This document shows positions 60,857 to 64,000 of a stretch of 64,000 nucleotides of DNA, piece after piece. The stretch lies in the NCBI GenBank assembly GCA_030770535.1, contig JASVEC010000029.1, positions 496,001 through 560,000 of the forward strand, written 5' to 3'. This DNA is from Batkoa obscura. Taxonomy: Eukaryota. Every line of letters begins with the position of its first letter. Positions within the stretch are counted from its first letter, which is position 1. Made by a program: the position numbers and the translations under genes. The notes under the pieces were generated by a model. That model saw only the letters and a list, made by a program, of their open reading frames with translations, searched no databases and had not been told where the DNA came from.

Positions 60857-61330
60857 ATGAAAATCAATTCTATCGTCTTATCATTCTTTTATTTAATAAC
60901 TATTACAACCTCACTTGTACCTAATATTCGATCTATTCCAAAGGATTCTATACCAAAACCCCATAAATCAAGGTTTAGTCATAACATTTATTACTCAGAA
61001 ACAGATAATCAAATACCTCATAATAAGTTACCACAAGAAGTTAGTTTTATTGATAATAACATTAATAAGATTCCATCTCAAGTTAATAATAATTCAAACA
61101 AACTAATTGAAATGATACCTCAATCTATTCAATCTCAAACTTATCAATCTCAAAGTATTCAATCACATGATAATCAATCTTATAATAACAGACCTTATAG
61201 TGTCAAATCCCAAAACCTTGAATCTAAACAAGCTAATTTACCCACTTATCTTGAAGTAGGCGATCTTGATTTAACACAATTAATGAGACTCAACAGTTTA
61301 ATCCAAGATAATAATTCTCTTAAATTGTAA
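60857..61330 (+). CDS. Truncated paralogue E of the secreted repeat family (157 aa; possibly a pseudogene)
   Basis: Signal peptide and Q/S/N spacer (QSQTYQSQSIQSHDNQSY), then NLPTYLEVGDLDL, a degenerate GLPIDIGANVKIGNIDLL entry unit, followed by a stop. Confidence 0.6.
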   Translation: MKINSIVLSFFYLITITTSLVPNIRSIPKDSIPKPHKSRFSHNIYYSETDNQIPHNKLPQEVSFIDNNINKIPSQVNNNSNKLIEMIPQSIQSQTYQSQSIQSHDNQSYNNRPYSVKSQNLESKQANLPTYLEVGDLDLTQLMRLNSLIQDNNSLKL

Positions 61331-61611
61331 AGTAAACTCAATGGACGTGTCTGAGTGTTATTTAGCATACTTTTTTCAAAAAGTATACCTCAAAAATAAT
61401 AATATCATCTAATAAAAACGTCCAAAAACGAAGCATTTGCTACTGTAATGGCTTTATTTTTTGAGTTTGATAAAAAAATTCGTTTTTAAAATCCAAAGTC
61501 CACATAACTTTTTTGTTTTTGTAGTTGAAAACAGTTTAAAAACAAAAAAGTTACACTAATTAATTTTATATAGTTTTTATTTAATAAACACTGTTTTAAA
61601 AAACTATATAA

Positions 61612-61709
61612 GGGGGTGTTTTTTTAACTTCATCACTTTTTCTATCTTTTGAGCGCTATTTGAGTGGAAAAATTGTTAGTAAAACTCTTAAACACAAAAA
61701 AACAGCCCC
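61612..61709. mobile_element. MITE family 1, ATAA TSD
   Basis: ataa|gggggtgt...acagcccc|ataa. Confidence 0.88.
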
Positions 61710-62301
61710 ATAACTTTTAAATAAAGTCGAAATTTTGAATCTAGTTAAATTTTGATTTTGATCCAATTTCACAATAGAACTTAAAATCAACCAATCACAT
61801 TATTTTATTTTGGTGTATACTTTTTTCCGTATGCTACATACTACATGGTAATCTATAGCAATCTGACTGGGCTAAAATTAGTTTAAAAGTCATTGGTTGC
61901 AACAGCAAATGTTTTTTATGGTTGAAAGTAAGCTAAATTTATCAGTAAAAAAGTCTAACCGTAACAACTCTATACCTTTATTGAGGCGGACTTGCCCAAA
62001 AAGCCAAATTTATAAAATTTCCTTATATTTAAAATTCCCTTTACCTATTATTTTTTTTAAAGTTTATGTTGCATAAAAATGGTCAGAAAATGAAATTGGA
62101 AAATTTTATTTTTAATTTAACTAGGCTTTTAATAAAATAAATAATGTCTAACTTTCCTTTTCAATATTATACTCTATTGATTCCAATCTTAATTCAATTT
62201 GATAAGTAACTTTTAAAAACAATGATAAAAAAGGCTAACTATAGTTATCAAATAAAAAAAGTTCAACTATTAAATTATTTATTAATTATTCAACAACAAC
62301 C

Positions 62302-63369
62302 TTAATACTTCTTATCCCCGCCACCTAACAAATTTAATTTCTTTAAATCAACGTGAACCAATTGACCATCATTCAATACATTAACGTTTAATTTAGCATC
62401 AGCGATTCCATCAACAATAGCTTTAACATCGGCATCAGCTATACCATCTTTACCCAATACATTAGCTTTGACATCAGCTTTAGCAATATCAGCAACATTA
62501 GCCTTAGCTTTAACATCAGCTACACCATTTTCACTTAATACATTTGGCTTAACATCAGCTATAGCAACATCAGCTATATTAGCTTTAACATCAGCATTAA
62601 CAAGTCCCTTTTTAGAGAGTATATCAGCAATTATATCGGCTTTAATTAAATCACTAATAACATTAGCTTTAATATCCAAGCTAGCAAGTGCTTTATCTTT
62701 ACTCAAAAGATCAAGGAGGATTTGAAATTTAAGTAAATCAATATCACTAACTTTAATATTAGCACCAACCGATATTGGTAGAGCTTTATGCTCTGGTTGG
62801 GAGTCTTTGGATGGATTAATTTGATCTTTTTTAAGTTGAGGTTGATATTTTTGTGCTTCGTTACCTTGAGGTTGAATTTCTTCAGGTTTTTTTTTGGGTA
62901 GACTATTTTCTTCTGATTTGTTTTCTTGAGGTTTAACTTCAGGTTTGTTTTCTTGAGATTTAGCTTCCTTATGCTTGTTTTCTTGGGGTTTATTTTCTGG
63001 TTTATTTTCTTGAACTTCAACTTCAACTTCCTCAGGTTTGGTCTCTTGGGGTTTAACTCCTTCAGGTTTAGTTTCTTGAAGCTTATTTACTCCCGATTTA
63101 TTTTCTTGAGGTTGATTTTCATGCTTATTCTCTTGAAGTTGAACTTGAGGCTTTATCTCTTCAAATATTTTACCTGAGTTTTCAGCTTGATATTTATTAT
63201 TATCATTATTATTGGATTTTAAAATGGGTTGATTTTCAATAGTATCAATATTTAATAGATTAGATCCAGTTGAATTTAGATTTAAAAGTTCATTATTGTC
63301 ACTAGTTTCATGAGATGTAATACTAGCTACAAAAGAAAGTAATACTAAAGTTATGTAAATATTTTTCAT
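62302..63369 (-). CDS. Secreted 27-aa-repeat protein F (355 aa): KPQEN/KPEEV spacer, about 5 repeats plus cap
   Basis: MKNIYITLVLLSFVASITSHET is nearly identical to the start of protein C; ALPISVGANIKV entry motif; repeat units; cap GQLVHVDLKKLNLLGGGDKKY. Confidence 0.9.
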   Translation of the reverse strand: MKNIYITLVLLSFVASITSHETSDNNELLNLNSTGSNLLNIDTIENQPILKSNNNDNNKYQAENSGKIFEEIKPQVQLQENKHENQPQENKSGVNKLQETKPEGVKPQETKPEEVEVEVQENKPENKPQENKHKEAKSQENKPEVKPQENKSEENSLPKKKPEEIQPQGNEAQKYQPQLKKDQINPSKDSQPEHKALPISVGANIKVSDIDLLKFQILLDLLSKDKALASLDIKANVISDLIKADIIADILSKKGLVNADVKANIADVAIADVKPNVLSENGVADVKAKANVADIAKADVKANVLGKDGIADADVKAIVDGIADAKLNVNVLNDGQLVHVDLKKLNLLGGGDKKY

Positions 63370-63931
63370 TTTAGATTATGGATTATTAGTTATTAGTTAT
63401 AAAGTATTAAGGAAATATTATTATTATGTTATTAAAGTTCAAATGAAACTATAAGTTAAACATTAAGATAATTAATATTTTAAAGTATTTATACTATCTT
63501 TTTATGTTGTATTTTAATCGATTCCTTATTTTATAAATTATATTGAATGAACTTTAAAAGGTTCCTTTTTAATAATAAAAATTAAATGGGACCTACTTTC
63601 TTCCACCAAATTGTTATCATTTTTTTTAAAGAGGAGAGATGCTTGTCCTGATAAACAATGTTTTTAGTAATTGTTATTTGTTTCTATTTTTGTTAGAAAT
63701 AATTTCAGCGGAAAACAACTTATTAGTTAAATTCAAGATAATATTATTGTTAATATTAATACTTTATTAATTTTGTGATAATTTTTAATTCAAACTAATG
63801 ATATTAAGATTTTTATTAATGTTAGTGTTAAGAGTACTATTTTCTATCGTAAACTCTAGTCGATATTTTTTATTACTGTGAAGCTGATTTCTTTATTATA
63901 AAATTATAAATTCTTAGAAATTTTTATATTT

Positions 63932-64000
63932 AAGGATGTTTTTTTTTGTTTCATCACTTTTTCTATTTTTTAAGCACTATTTGAGTGGAAAGATTGTTAG
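63932..64000. mobile_element. MITE family 1 (runs off the window end)
   Basis: aaggatgttttttt...ttcatcacttttt...aagcactatttgagtggaaagattgttag. Confidence 0.8.

Noticed and set aside
61505..61553. 16-bp perfect inverted repeat
   Set aside because: Low-complexity A/T arms, plausible by chance or as a repeat remnant.
50822..62725. Long antisense ORFs over the repeat genes (e.g. 51227-52051, 55985-56368, 57753-58430, 62468-62725)
   Set aside because: They are shadows of the repetitive Ala/Val/Lys/Asp codon usage, which avoids antisense stops. They mostly have non-ATG starts and no independent signal.

Overview
Very AT-rich, intron-rich eukaryotic genomic DNA with short GT-AG introns of about 45-140 nt. 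It is most likely from an early-diverging fungus; Entomophthoromycotina (Conidiobolus-like) is my inference and is not proven. Positions 1-48 kb hold mostly conserved housekeeping genes: Vps51 3' end, RBM26/27-like, acid sphingomyelinase, a LisH/LUFS factor, a protein with a CENP-C/CENPC-k motif, NIPA transporter, HP1/Swi6, YME1, secreted DPP-IV, kinesin-1, FAU1, UTP18, ADE1, delta-COP, TM9SF, Prp18 and NDUFAF6. This part also has tRNA-Trp, tRNA-Pro and a decayed F-box-like gene. Positions 50-63.4 kb hold an accessory cluster of six apparently intronless paralogues that I cannot assign to any family I recognise. They share a signal peptide, a hypervariable low-complexity spacer and tandem 27-aa amphipathic beta-hairpin-like repeats (5 to 22 units in the five intact genes; the sixth gene is truncated). 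The cluster has shared promoter blocks and many MITE insertions. It is the best candidate for an undescribed system, possibly a self-assembling surface, adhesive or amyloid-like protein family. Two MITE families with GGG/CCC termini and 4-bp AT-rich TSDs, several foldback elements and a tRNA-Trp relic are also visible. Exon boundaries were read by eye and may be off by a few bases.
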